A stretch of DNA of 64,000 nucleotides. Source: Isoptericola halotolerans (GTDB lineage Bacteria; Actinomycetota; Actinomycetes; Actinomycetales; Cellulomonadaceae). The notes beneath the pieces were generated by a model, which was not told the DNA's origin, made no database searches, and was given only the letters and a program-made list of their open reading frames with translations. The translations under genes and the position numbers were made by a program. Shown one piece after another: positions 29,523 to 39,376 of this stretch (within the stretch, counting starts at the first letter, position 1; each line of letters opens with the position of its first letter). The stretch is from NCBI RefSeq assembly GCF_013149785.1, contig NZ_JABEZU010000001.1, forward strand, positions 682,001 to 746,000, in the 5' to 3' direction.

Positions 29523-30392
29523 CTACAGCGCCAGGCCCAGGCCGAGCAGGACGCCGTAGGCGAGCTCGAACAGCCCGGTCCCGGCGAGCACGGGGATCAG
29601 CGCCCTGCCGCGTGCCCCGGCGATCACGGTGGTCGCCAGCAGCACGGCGGGGAGCAGCAGCACGGCGACCAGGATTGCCCACGGGTTCCACACGGCGCAG
29701 GCGAGCCCGAGCAGGACGGGCAGCACGACCCACAGGGCGTACAGCCGCCGTGCGCGGCGGTCGCCGAGGCGCACGGCCAGCGTGCGCTTGCCGGCCACCG
29801 CGTCCGTGGGGATGTCGCGCACGTTGTTGACCATGAGCAGCGCGCAGGCGATCAGGCCCACCCCGACGGCGCCGAGCACGGCAGGCCAGGTGATCCGGTC
29901 CGCCTGCGTGTAGGTGGTGCCGAGGGTGGCCACCAGGCCGAAGAAGACGAACACACCGGCCTCGCCGAGGCCCGCGTACCCGTAGGGCCGTTTGCCGCCG
30001 GTGTAGTACCACCCGGCGAGCATCGACACGGCGCCGACGGCGATCAGCCACCAGTGGCCGCTCACGGCGCACAGCGCCAGTCCGAGCAGCCCGGCCACCC
30101 CGAACGCGCCGAACGCCGCGGCCTTCACCTGTCCCGGTCGGGCGATGCCCGACGCCGTCAGGCGCAGCGGGCCGACGCGGTCGAGGTCCGTGCCGCGGAC
30201 GCCGTCGGAGTAGTCGTTGGCGTAGTTGACGCCGACCTGCAGCGCGAGCGCGACACCGAGGGCCAGCACGGCGGGCAGCCAGTCGAAGGCGTCGACCTGG
30301 GCGGCGGCGCCGGTACCGATGGCGACGGGCGCGGCGGCGGCGGGCAGGGTGCGGGGCCGGGCTCCGGCGACCCACTGGGCCGTGCTGGCCAT
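29523..30392 (-). CDS. menA: 1,4-dihydroxy-2-naphthoate polyprenyltransferase
   Basis: GARPRTLP, NYANDYSD, NNVRDIPTD...GKRTL. Confidence 0.96.
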   Translation of the reverse strand: MASTAQWVAGARPRTLPAAAAPVAIGTGAAAQVDAFDWLPAVLALGVALALQVGVNYANDYSDGVRGTDLDRVGPLRLTASGIARPGQVKAAAFGAFGVAGLLGLALCAVSGHWWLIAVGAVSMLAGWYYTGGKRPYGYAGLGEAGVFVFFGLVATLGTTYTQADRITWPAVLGAVGVGLIACALLMVNNVRDIPTDAVAGKRTLAVRLGDRRARRLYALWVVLPVLLGLACAVWNPWAILVAVLLLPAVLLATTVIAGARGRALIPVLAGTGLFELAYGVLLGLGLAL

Positions 30393-30403
30393 GCGAGCTC
30401 CTC

Positions 30404-31549
30404 TCAGTCGCGCGCGGAACGGGCGCGCACCAGGTCGACGACGGCGGCACGGTCGACCTTGCCGGGTCCGCGCAGGGGGAGGTCCGCCACCCGCAGCAGG
30501 CGGCGGGGCGCGGCGGCCGGGCCGAGTCTAGCCGCGACGGCGGACCGCACCCGTGCCAGCTCCGTCGCCTCCCCGTCGCCACCCACAGCATCTGACAGCA
30601 CGGCGACCAGCTCCTGGCCCCACTCGTCGTGCGGCACGCCGACGACGCACACCTCGGCGCCCAGCAGCTCGCCGAGCACCGTCTCCACAGCGGTCGGTGC
30701 GACGTTCACCCCGCCGGTGACCACGACGTCGTCGGCGCGACCGAGGACCCGCAGCACGCCGTCGTCCACCACCCCGAGGTCGCTGGTGCGGAACCAGCGT
30801 CCGTCCGGGCCCTCGCTGAACGCTGCCGCGCCGGCCTCGTCGTCGCCGAGGTAGCCGGTGGCCAGCACGGGTCCGCCCAGCTCGACGACGCCCGGGTGTC
30901 CGCCGGGGGCGTCGACGCGGACCCGCACGCCCCGCAGCGGCAGCCCGTCGTACACGCAGCCGCCCGCGGTCTCGGACATCCCGTAGGTCCGCACCACCGG
31001 CACCCCGGCGTCCCGGGCGCGGGCGAGCAGCCGCGGCGGGGTCGCCGCACCCCCCAGCAGCACCGCCCCGCACCGGGCGAGCGCCTCCAGCGCGGCCGGT
31101 GCACCGCCGTCGGCGGCCTCGACCACGCGGTGCAGCTGGGTCGGCACCAGCGAGAGGTGCACCGGGTCGTCCCCGGCGAGGGGGTCGGCGAGCAGCTCGG
31201 CCAGCGCCTCCGCGCGGAACGGCCCGGGGCCGGCGACCGTGAGCGGCGTGCCGGCCAGCAGCGAGCGCACGATCACCTGCATCCCCGCGACATGGGTGGG
31301 CGGCAGGGTCAGCACCCAGCGGCCGGCGGCGCCGAGCCGCTCGCGGGTCGCGGCGGCGGCCGCACGCAGCGCCTCGGCGGTCAGGGCGACCTCGCGCGGC
31401 GTCCCGGTCGAGCCGGACGTGCGCACCACGAGCGCGGTGCCCGACGGCGGCGCCTGCGCCGTGAGGCGGGGCAGCGGCGCGACCGGTGGGCCGCCGTCGA
31501 GCGCACGGCGCATGCCGCCCACGAGCGCGGCGAGGTCGGGAGTGCTCAC
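30404..31549 (-). CDS. menE: O-succinylbenzoate-CoA ligase
   Basis: TSGSTGTP, SLVPTQL, TYGMSET, GRADD; TATCGT -10 lies 6 nt before GTG 31549. Confidence 0.9.
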   Translation of the reverse strand: MSTPDLAALVGGMRRALDGGPPVAPLPRLTAQAPPSGTALVVRTSGSTGTPREVALTAEALRAAAAATRERLGAAGRWVLTLPPTHVAGMQVIVRSLLAGTPLTVAGPGPFRAEALAELLADPLAGDDPVHLSLVPTQLHRVVEAADGGAPAALEALARCGAVLLGGAATPPRLLARARDAGVPVVRTYGMSETAGGCVYDGLPLRGVRVRVDAPGGHPGVVELGGPVLATGYLGDDEAGAAAFSEGPDGRWFRTSDLGVVDDGVLRVLGRADDVVVTGGVNVAPTAVETVLGELLGAEVCVVGVPHDEWGQELVAVLSDAVGGDGEATELARVRSAVAARLGPAAAPRRLLRVADLPLRGPGKVDRAAVVDLVRARSARD

Positions 31550-31651
31550 CGGCTCACGATAGGCCGCCACGACACCGGCCAGGGGCCAGGCTCCGCGGCT
31601 CGGGCTGCTGCGTGACGTAGGGTGTGCGCCAGTTCACACCTCGGAGGACTG

Positions 31652-32719
31652 ATGACCGCACGGTTCACGCGGCCGGCGGCGCCCGGCGCGCTCCTCGGGA
31701 CCGCCCTGCTCCTGGTGGCCTGCAGCGGGCAGGAGCCTGCTCCGGCCCCGACGACGACGGTCGACGCGTCGGCCGCCGCGCAGAAGGCGGCACCACCCGA
31801 GCCGGACGCGTCGATCGTGTGGCCGCTGACCGGCGTCGAGACCGCCGAGGTCGCCGAGCGACCCGCGCTGGCGATCAAGATCGAGAACTCCCGCGAGGCG
31901 CGGCCGCAGACCGGCCTGGAGCAGGCCGACCTGGTCTGGGAGGAGGTCGTCGAGGGCGGCATCACCCGCTACGTGGCGGTCTACCACTCGAGCATCCCGG
32001 AGGCGGTCGAGCCGGTGCGCTCGGTGCGGCCGATGGACCCCGCGATCGTCGCCCCGCTGGACGGCATCCTCGCCTACTCCGGCGCTCAGCCGCCGTTCAT
32101 CGACGCGGTGGACGCCAGCGGGACGCAGTCGGTGATCATGGACGCGGGGGACGCCGGCTTCAGCCGGGACCCGAACCGGTACGCCCCGCACAACGTGGTC
32201 GGTGATCCCGAGGCCTTCCTGGCACAGGCCGACGGCGAGCGCACCGTGCCGCCCCCGGCGCAGTTCGCCTTCGCCGACGACCCGGGGGAGGGGACCGCCG
32301 TGAGCGACGGGACGCCGGCGTCGTCGCTGGAGGTCGTCATGTCGCGGATGCAGACCACGGGGTGGCAGTGGGACGAGGGCTCCGGCACGTGGCTGCGCAG
32401 CGAGGGCACCAGCCCGTCGATGTCGACCTCCGGCGACCAGCACGCGGCGACCAACGTCGTCGTCCTCGAGGTGGAGGTCGTGGACACGGCGTTCAAGGAC
32501 TCGTCCGGTGCGGCGGTGCCCGAGACGAGGCTCGTGGACTCCTCCGGCACCGGGGTGGTGGCGAGCGGGGGCAGCACGATCGATGTCGAGTGGTCCAAGG
32601 GTGGGCTCGACGAGCCCATCGAGCTGACGGCGGGTGGCGAGCCCGTCGAGCTGGCACCGGGCAGCACGTGGGTCGGGCTCATGCCGCAGGCCACCGGCTC
32701 GCTCACCGTCACAGGGTGA
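31652..32719 (+). CDS. DUF3048 family lipoprotein
   Basis: Lipobox LVAC; WPLTG, KIEN...ARPQTGL, VEGGITR, PVRSVR, APHN. Confidence 0.88.
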   Translation: MTARFTRPAAPGALLGTALLLVACSGQEPAPAPTTTVDASAAAQKAAPPEPDASIVWPLTGVETAEVAERPALAIKIENSREARPQTGLEQADLVWEEVVEGGITRYVAVYHSSIPEAVEPVRSVRPMDPAIVAPLDGILAYSGAQPPFIDAVDASGTQSVIMDAGDAGFSRDPNRYAPHNVVGDPEAFLAQADGERTVPPPAQFAFADDPGEGTAVSDGTPASSLEVVMSRMQTTGWQWDEGSGTWLRSEGTSPSMSTSGDQHAATNVVVLEVEVVDTAFKDSSGAAVPETRLVDSSGTGVVASGGSTIDVEWSKGGLDEPIELTAGGEPVELAPGSTWVGLMPQATGSLTVTG

Positions 32720-32735
32720 GCGACCGGCGACCGCG

Positions 32736-33731
32736 TCAGTAGGCGTAGGGGAAGCCGGACCAGTCGGGGTCGCGCTTGGCGAGGAACGCGTCGCGCCCCT
32801 CGACGGCCTCGTCGGTCATGTAGGCGAGGCGCGTGGCCTCGCCGGCGAAGACCTGCTGGCCCATGAGCCCGTCGTCGGGCAGGTTGAAGGCGAACTTGAG
32901 CATGCGCACCGCCTGCGGTGACTTGGTGGCGATCGTCGCGGCGTACTCCAGCGCCAGGTTCTCCAGCTCGGCGTGGTCGGCGACCTCGTTGACGGCGCCC
33001 CAGCGCTCGGCGTCCTCGGCGGAGTACTCGCGGGCGAGGAAGAAGATCTCGCGGGCCCGCTTCTGCCCGACCTGGCGTGCCAGGTACGCCGAGCCGTAGC
33101 CGCCGTCGAAGGAGCCGACGTTCGCGTCGGTCTGCTTGAACCGGGCGTGCTCCCGGCTCGCGATCGACAGGTCTGCCACCACGTGCAGCGAGTGCCCACC
33201 GCCGGCGGCCCAGCCGTTGACGACGGCGATGACGACCTTGGGCATGGTGCGGACGAGGCGCTGCACCTCGAGGATGTGCAGCCGCCCGGCGCGTGCCGGG
33301 TCGACGTGGTCGGCGGTGTCGGCACCGTCGAGGGGGCGGCCGTCGTCGTCGGTGGCCGTGTACTGGTACCCCGAGCGCCCGCGGATGCGCTGGTCGCCGC
33401 CCGAGCAGAACGCCCACCCGCCGTCCTTGGGGGACGGGCCGTTGCCGGTGAGCAGCACGGTGCCGACGTCGGAGGTCATGCGGGCGTGGTCGAGCACCCG
33501 GTAGAGCTCGTCGACGGTGTGCGGGCGGAACGCGTTGCGTACCTCGGGCCGGTCGAAGGCGATCCGCACGACCGGCAGGTCGCGCGAGGACGGGGTGCCG
33601 TCGTCGGACGTGTCGCGCTCCACGCCCCGGTGGTACGTGAGGTCCGTCAGGTCGTCGAACCCGGCCACGGTGCGCCACCGCGTGGGGTCGAAGGTCTCGG
33701 AGACGGGTGCGGGAAGGTCGCTGGTGCTCAC
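32736..33731 (-). CDS. menB: 1,4-dihydroxy-2-naphthoyl-CoA synthase
   Basis: RPEVRNAFRP, FCSGGDQ, AGGGHSLH, GSFDGGYG. Confidence 0.97.
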   Translation of the reverse strand: MSTSDLPAPVSETFDPTRWRTVAGFDDLTDLTYHRGVERDTSDDGTPSSRDLPVVRIAFDRPEVRNAFRPHTVDELYRVLDHARMTSDVGTVLLTGNGPSPKDGGWAFCSGGDQRIRGRSGYQYTATDDDGRPLDGADTADHVDPARAGRLHILEVQRLVRTMPKVVIAVVNGWAAGGGHSLHVVADLSIASREHARFKQTDANVGSFDGGYGSAYLARQVGQKRAREIFFLAREYSAEDAERWGAVNEVADHAELENLALEYAATIATKSPQAVRMLKFAFNLPDDGLMGQQVFAGEATRLAYMTDEAVEGRDAFLAKRDPDWSGFPYAY

Positions 33732-33780
33732 GCGGGCCAGCGTAGTGCGCTCCGTGGGTTGGCGGTCCACGCGGACTGGT

Positions 33781-33840
33781 CTGCAAAGTGAAGTCCGGAA
33801 TGCCTGCAAAGTGTAGCCTGGAGGTCCTGCAAACTGTAGT
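33781..33840 (+). repeat. Three direct repeats with an exact 23-bp period upstream of the DUF4143 ATPase
   Basis: CTGCAAAGTGAAG (33781), CTGCAAAGTGTAG (33804), CTGCAAACTGTAG (33827). Confidence 0.85.
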
Positions 33841-33848
33841 ATTCGCTG

Positions 33849-35102
33849 GTGGAGTACATCGAGAGGATCGCCGACCGTCTCGTGGCGGACCGACTTCGGT
33901 CGGCGGGAGCTGTGCTCATCGAGGGCCCGCGGGCGTGCGGCAAGACGTCCACCGCGCGGCAGCACGCCGCGAGCGCTGTCTACCTGCAGAACGACGACGC
34001 CGCGCGCTCGGCTCTCGACGTGGACCCGCGGCTCGTCCTGGCTGGTGCGACGCCGCGTCTTCTCGACGAGTGGCAGGTGGACGCCACCCGCCTCTGGAAC
34101 GGCGTACGCGCAACCGTCGACGACCGAGGGAAGCCAGGGCAGTTCATCCTGACCGGGTCGGCGGTGCCGGACGACGACGCCCGGCGTCACACCGGCGCGG
34201 GACGGTTCGCGCGAGTGGAGATGCGACCGATGGCCCTCGCCGAGTCCGGCGAGTCCAGCGGTGCGATGTCGTTGCGAGCGCTCCTCGACGGAGATCCGCC
34301 GGATCCCGGGCGTTCCGACCTGACGATCCCTGACCTGGCACGGCTGGTGGTCCGGGGCGGGTGGCCGCTGCACCTCCGCATGGATGACACCGCCGCGGCC
34401 CAGGCGTCGTCGGACTACCTGGCCTCGATCGCGGACGCGGACCTGGGACGCCTGGACACGTCGCGGCGTGATCCTGCGCGTGCCGGACGGTTGCTGCACG
34501 CGTTGGCGCGGAACACCGCCATGGAGCTCGTCGTCGACCGTCTGACCCGCGAGGTCGACGGCCCGGACGGCGCGATGGCTCGCACCACGGTCTACGACTA
34601 TCTCGTCGATCTTCGCCGTCTCATGGTTCTCCAGGAGCAGCCCGCCTGGGCACCACGCCTGCGGTCGAGAGCGCGGTTGCGCACGCGGCCGCGCGTCCAC
34701 CTCGTCGATCCGTCGCTCGCATCGGCAGCGCTGCAGGCCGACGCCGATCACCTCCTCGCGGACCTGACGACCTTCGGCCTGCTCTTCGAGTCGTTGGTGG
34801 TCCGGGACCTACGCACCTATGCCGACGCCCTGGACGCCCGGGTCTTCCACTACCGGGACTCCGACAACCTCGAGATCGACGTCGTGGTCCAACGACGCGA
34901 CGGTGTGTTCGGCGCGTTCGAGGTCAAGCTCGGTGCAGGGCAGGTCGACGCGGCGGCGGCAGCCCTGCTGCGCTTCGCGGCGAAGCTGGACGCCGATCAC
35001 TCCGGTGCGCCCGCGGTGCTCGGGGTGATCACCGGCAGCGAGTACGGCTACGTGCGACCGGACGGGGTCGTGGTCGTCCCGCTGGGGATGCTCGGCGCCT
35101 GA
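33849..35102 (+). CDS. AAA_14 ATPase with DUF4143 / PD-(D/E)XK-like C-terminus
   Basis: Walker A GPRACGKT, Walker B LLDEWQ, LTGS, GGWP, LFES, EIDVV...AFEVK. Confidence 0.92.
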   Translation: MEYIERIADRLVADRLRSAGAVLIEGPRACGKTSTARQHAASAVYLQNDDAARSALDVDPRLVLAGATPRLLDEWQVDATRLWNGVRATVDDRGKPGQFILTGSAVPDDDARRHTGAGRFARVEMRPMALAESGESSGAMSLRALLDGDPPDPGRSDLTIPDLARLVVRGGWPLHLRMDDTAAAQASSDYLASIADADLGRLDTSRRDPARAGRLLHALARNTAMELVVDRLTREVDGPDGAMARTTVYDYLVDLRRLMVLQEQPAWAPRLRSRARLRTRPRVHLVDPSLASAALQADADHLLADLTTFGLLFESLVVRDLRTYADALDARVFHYRDSDNLEIDVVVQRRDGVFGAFEVKLGAGQVDAAAAALLRFAAKLDADHSGAPAVLGVITGSEYGYVRPDGVVVVPLGMLGA

Positions 35103-35117
35103 CGTGCCGACGTCCGC

Positions 35118-35885
35118 TCACAGGTGGATGGTCACGTCGCCCTGGTCGCGCAGCGTGGACACGATCTCCTGGACCGCCGCGTTCTGCTGCTCGCCGGTCG
35201 CCTGCTGGGCGAGCTGGTCGCGGACGTCCTCGAACGGCGGGATCTCCGTCTCCGGGGTCTCCTCGCCGCCCTGGGCCTCCAGCTGCTCGACGAGGGCGTC
35301 GTACTGGGCGCGCAGCTCGTCCTCGGACGGCTCCTCGATGTCCGCCTCGGCCTCGATGTAGGCGCTGACCTGGAACTGCGCGGCGGCGTCCGAGCGCACC
35401 TCGTCCTCCGAGAGACCCTGCTCGCCGAGTGCGGCGATCACCTCGTCGGCGGACTGCAGCCCGTTCTGCGCGGCGATGTCCTCGAGCGTGGTCCGGACGT
35501 CCTCGTCGGTCACCTCGATGTCGGCCTGCGCGGCCGCCTGCGTCAGCAGCCGGTTGCCCACCAGCTGCTCGACGACCTGCTGCTTGAGGGCCTCCTGGTC
35601 GATCTCCTCGCCGGTGCTCTGCTGGGTCATCGCGGCCTGCTGCAGCTGACCCTCGTAGCTGGCGGCGAACTCCTCCCGGTCGATGTCCTCGCCGTTGACC
35701 TCGGCGACGACGTCGGGCACACCCTCCAGGTCGGCCTCGGGGAGCTCGGTGCCTGCGCCGGCGTCGGGTGCTTGCTCGGCGCTCGGGCCGGCCGCGGGGT
35801 CCTGGTCGTCGGTCTCGGACGTGCAGCCGGCGAGCGCGACGACCGCGGCCACAGAGAGCGCGACGAGCGGGCGCTTGATCGACAT
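35118..35885 (-). CDS. SurA N-terminal domain lipoprotein (PrsA-like foldase without a PPIase domain)
   Basis: Lipobox LAGC; VVAEVNGEDI, acidic helical body, PFEDVRDQL. Confidence 0.85.
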   Translation of the reverse strand: MSIKRPLVALSVAAVVALAGCTSETDDQDPAAGPSAEQAPDAGAGTELPEADLEGVPDVVAEVNGEDIDREEFAASYEGQLQQAAMTQQSTGEEIDQEALKQQVVEQLVGNRLLTQAAAQADIEVTDEDVRTTLEDIAAQNGLQSADEVIAALGEQGLSEDEVRSDAAAQFQVSAYIEAEADIEEPSEDELRAQYDALVEQLEAQGGEETPETEIPPFEDVRDQLAQQATGEQQNAAVQEIVSTLRDQGDVTIHL

Positions 35886-36094
35886 GGTCACTCCTCGTGA
35901 TCGGTGCTGGGCGGACGACGGTAAACACATGAACCTGAGAGCGGGCGGAGCGGTGATCAGGTCCCGTTCAGGAACCGGACGGACGGTCGCCGGTCACCGA
36001 GCCCTGGCACACGGCACCGAGCTCTTGCAGGGCGTCCCGAGCATCCGCGCGCGTCGCCCGCAGAATCTGCACGACGGTGGCGCACCATGGAGTC

Positions 36095-36280
36095 ATGAAC
36101 ACGATGCCACCTCGAGACACCGAGGTCGCCGACCCGGACGAGGTCGTCGACGAGCTCATCGCCTACGACGCCGCCGCCCTGCGCCGCGCAACCGCTGCCA
36201 CGCAGTCCGTCCCGTTGACCGCACGGCGCGGGCCGAACCGCTGGACGTACCGCAACCCGCCCGAGGAGTTCACGGACTGA
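36095..36280 (+). CDS. Small hypothetical protein (61 aa)
   Basis: High GC3; CACCAT -10-like element and GGAG just upstream; fills the gap before menC. Confidence 0.6.
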   Translation: MNTMPPRDTEVADPDEVVDELIAYDAAALRRATAATQSVPLTARRGPNRWTYRNPPEEFTD

Positions 36281-36339
36281 CGCGGGGACCGGCGCGGCAC
36301 AGGCCGCGCGGTCCGGTCGGCTCGTCCTACCCTGAGGTC

Positions 36340-37380
36340 GTGCCCGCCAACCTCTCCGCGACGAGGCAGGACCGGTCCGTCTGGTCGTCCCCCCTGCGCA
36401 CCCGCTTCCGCCAGCTCGACGTCCGCGACGGACTGCTCCTGCGTGGCGAGTCCGGCTGGGGGGAGCTCAGCCCCTTCTGGGAGTACGACGACGGCGAGTC
36501 GGCCGCGTGGCTGCGTGCGGCCCGGGAGGCCGCAGACCTGCCGTTCCCCGACCCGGTGCGCGACCGGGTCCCGGTGAACGTCACCGTGCCCGCCGTCGAC
36601 CCGGAGCGGGCCCGCGACATCGTGCTGGGCTCCGGCGGTTGCCGCACCGCGAAGGTCAAGGTCGCGCAACGCACGAGCAGCACGGGAAGCGCCGGGAGCA
36701 CCCGCGGCGTCGTCGAACCCGTCGACACCGAGATCGCGCGGGTCGAGGCGGTCCGCGCCGCGTTCGACGAGGCGGGGATGCCCGACGCCGCGATCCGCGT
36801 GGACGCCAACGGCGCCTGGACCCTCGAGGAGGCGCTGCGGCGCATCCCGTTGCTGGACGCCGCGGCCCGCGGGTTGGAGTACGTCGAGCAGCCGTGCGCC
36901 ACGGTCACCGAGCTGGCGGCGGTGCGCCGTGGTACCGACGTGCCCGTCGCCGCCGACGAGTCGATCCGGCGTGCCGCCGACCCGTTGCGTGTCGTCCGCG
37001 AGGAGGCCGCCGACGTCGTGGTGCTCAAGGTGCAGCCGCTCGGCGGGGTGCGGGCCTGCCTGGCGCTGGCCGAGCAGGTCGGGCTGCCCGTGGTCGTGTC
37101 CTCCGCCCTGGAGTCCTCCGTCGGCCTCGCGGCCGGCGTCGCGCTCGCCGCCGCCCTGCCCGAGCTGCCGCACGCCTGCGGGCTGGCCACCTCCCAGCTC
37201 CTCGTGCACGACGTGACCGGCACCCCGCTGCTGCCCGTCGACGGCGCCCTCCCGGCCCGCCGCGTCGCCCCGGACGCGGACGCCCTGGCCGCCGCCACGG
37301 CGCACCCGGCGCTCCGGGACCGGTGGTTCGCCCGCCACGACCGGCTGGCCGCCCTCCTCGACGCGGGACGTGCCGCATGA
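36340..37380 (+). CDS. menC: O-succinylbenzoate synthase
   Basis: WGELSPF, KVKV, RVDANGAW, EQPC, ADES, LKVQPLGG; TACCCT -10 lies 6 nt before the GTG. Confidence 0.93.
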   Translation: MPANLSATRQDRSVWSSPLRTRFRQLDVRDGLLLRGESGWGELSPFWEYDDGESAAWLRAAREAADLPFPDPVRDRVPVNVTVPAVDPERARDIVLGSGGCRTAKVKVAQRTSSTGSAGSTRGVVEPVDTEIARVEAVRAAFDEAGMPDAAIRVDANGAWTLEEALRRIPLLDAAARGLEYVEQPCATVTELAAVRRGTDVPVAADESIRRAADPLRVVREEAADVVVLKVQPLGGVRACLALAEQVGLPVVVSSALESSVGLAAGVALAAALPELPHACGLATSQLLVHDVTGTPLLPVDGALPARRVAPDADALAAATAHPALRDRWFARHDRLAALLDAGRAA

Positions 37381-39233
37381 CCCCCGTGCCGGCGTCGGAC
37401 GGCCCCAGGCCCGCGGTGGAGGCTGCCCGGGCCCTCGTCGCGGACCTCGTCGCCCAGGGTGTCCGAGACGTCGTGCTGGCACCCGGCTCCCGCTCGGCGC
37501 CCCTCGCCTACGCGCTCGCCGAGGCGGACGCCCGCGGCGACCTCGTGCTGCACGTGCGGGTCGACGAACGCTCGGCCGGCTTCCTGGCGCTGGGGCTGTC
37601 GCGCGGCTCGGCCCTGGGCCCCACGGACGACGGCGGCACCCCGGACGACGACGCTGCTTCCGGTGGCGCCGTTCTGCGCCCGGCCGCGCCACGGCCCGTC
37701 GCGGTCGTGACGACGTCGGGCACCGCGGTGGCGAACCTGCACCCGGCCGTGCTGGAGGCGCACCACGCCCACCTGCCGCTGGTCGCCCTGACCGCCGACC
37801 GGCCGCACGAGCTGCGGGGGAGCGGTGCCTCGCAGACCACCGACCAGGTGGGGATCTTCGGCACCGCCGCGCGTGCCGCCGTCGACGTCCCCGCCCCGGA
37901 CGGCCGCCCGGGGGAGGTGCGCGACCTGCTCGCCACCGGGCGGCGGGTGCTGGCCGCGGCGCGGGGGCTGCGCGACGGCCGGCCGGGGCCGGTCCACCTC
38001 AACCTCGCTTTTCGTGACCCGTTGCAGCCCAGCAGCGGACTGGCGGGCCACACCGTGGCGGACCCGGACGGCGTCGAGGTGGTGCCGCCGTCACCCGGTC
38101 CCGGCGCCGACCCGGCTCTCCCCGGTGACCCCACGCGCACGCTGGTCGTGGCGGGTGACGGCGCAGGGTCCGGCGCTCGACGCCTCGCCGAGGCGCAGGG
38201 CTGGCCCCTGCTCGCCGAACCGTCCTCGGGCAGCGCGGGTGGTCCGCTGGCCGTGACCGCCTACCGGTCGGTGCTCGGCAGCGACGGGATCGCCGACGAC
38301 GTCGAGCACGTCGTCGTGCTGGGCCACCCGACCCTGTCCCGCCCGGTCCAGCGGCTGCTCGCCCGCCCGGACGTCGCGGTCACCGTGGTCGCCCCCGGTG
38401 GCGGGCCCTGGCCCGACGCGGCACGCAACGCGACCCGGGTGGTCGAGGCGCTCCACGACCGGTGGTTCGAGCCGACAGCACCTGCCGACGGCGGGGCCTT
38501 CCGCTCCCGGTGGCAGGCCGCGAGCGCGGCCGCGGCTGCCGTCGTCGACGCGGCGACCGGCGACGACGCCGTGCGCGAGGGCCTGCTCACGGCCCCGTAC
38601 GCGGCGCTCGCCGTCGCCCGCGCCGTCGTCGCCGTCTCGGCCCCGGGCGACGTGCTGGTGGTGGGTGCGTCGAACCCGGTGCGGGACCTCGACCTCGTGC
38701 TGGGTCTCGACCCGGTACCGGTGCCGCAGGTGCTGGCGAACCGGGGTCTCGCCGGGATCGACGGCACGCTCTCGAGCGCGACGGGGGTGGCGATCGGGGC
38801 CGCCCGGGCAGGTCGGCGCACGCGCGCGCTGGTCGGAGACCTGACGTTCCTGCACGACGTCGGCGGGCTGCTGCGCGGTCCCGGCGAACCGCCCGTGGAC
38901 CTCGACGTGGTCGTGGTGAACGACGACGGTGGCTCGATCTTCGCGACCCTCGAGCACGGGGCGCTCGCGGCGACGGGACCGACGGCGGCCGCGACCTTCG
39001 AGCGGGTCTTCGGCACGCCGCACGGGGCGAACCTGGCCCAGCTGTGCGCCGGCTTCGGCGTCGACCACCAGCTCGTGGAGGACGCTCCCTCGCTGCGCCA
39101 CGCCCTGGCGGGACCCTCGCACGGGGTGCGCGTGGTGGAGGTGCACGTGTCGCGCGCCGACCGGTTCGTCGGGTCGCGGGACCTCACCGCGCGGGTCCAG
39201 GCCGCGGTGGCCGCCCGGCTCGGGTCGCTCTGA
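37377..39233 (+). CDS. menD: SEPHCHC synthase
   Basis: APGSRSAPL, DERSAGF, TTSGTAVANL, TADRP, NRGLAGIDG, GDLTFLHD. Confidence 0.96.
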   Translation: MTPVPASDGPRPAVEAARALVADLVAQGVRDVVLAPGSRSAPLAYALAEADARGDLVLHVRVDERSAGFLALGLSRGSALGPTDDGGTPDDDAASGGAVLRPAAPRPVAVVTTSGTAVANLHPAVLEAHHAHLPLVALTADRPHELRGSGASQTTDQVGIFGTAARAAVDVPAPDGRPGEVRDLLATGRRVLAAARGLRDGRPGPVHLNLAFRDPLQPSSGLAGHTVADPDGVEVVPPSPGPGADPALPGDPTRTLVVAGDGAGSGARRLAEAQGWPLLAEPSSGSAGGPLAVTAYRSVLGSDGIADDVEHVVVLGHPTLSRPVQRLLARPDVAVTVVAPGGGPWPDAARNATRVVEALHDRWFEPTAPADGGAFRSRWQAASAAAAAVVDAATGDDAVREGLLTAPYAALAVARAVVAVSAPGDVLVVGASNPVRDLDLVLGLDPVPVPQVLANRGLAGIDGTLSSATGVAIGAARAGRRTRALVGDLTFLHDVGGLLRGPGEPPVDLDVVVVNDDGGSIFATLEHGALAATGPTAAATFERVFGTPHGANLAQLCAGFGVDHQLVEDAPSLRHALAGPSHGVRVVEVHVSRADRFVGSRDLTARVQAAVAARLGSL

Positions 39234-39296
39234 CGCCGGGCGCCCGGCCCGAGCAGCCGCGATCCTCGCCCCGCTGACCTGCTGCGACCGCGTTTG

Positions 39297-39334
39297 CCAG
39301 GGAGTTCACAGGTCCGGCCAAGGGGTGCCCCAGG
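39297..39334 (+). promoter_or_regulatory. Four 11-bp-period CAGG-type direct repeats, putative OmpR-family (MprA-like) site
   Basis: CCAGG 39297, ACAGG 39308, CAAGG 39319, CCAGG 39330, upstream of the HtrA-like gene. Confidence 0.5.
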
Positions 39335-39376
39335 ATCACGGTGTTCTCTGGACCCAGGACATCGAGGAGAGGGCAC

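Noticed and set aside
33781..33848. Possible mini-CRISPR
   Set aside because: The period is only 23 bp with about 10-bp variable parts, too short for spacers.
32736..34751. 671-aa MenB fusion
   Set aside because: The extension is antisense to the DUF4143 gene; menB has its own -10 and GTG at 33731.
22717..36280. ATP-grasp gene plus the 61-aa ORF as a graspetide RiPP system
   Set aside because: They are over 12 kb apart, the peptide has no repeated core motifs, and there is no linked transporter or precursor.
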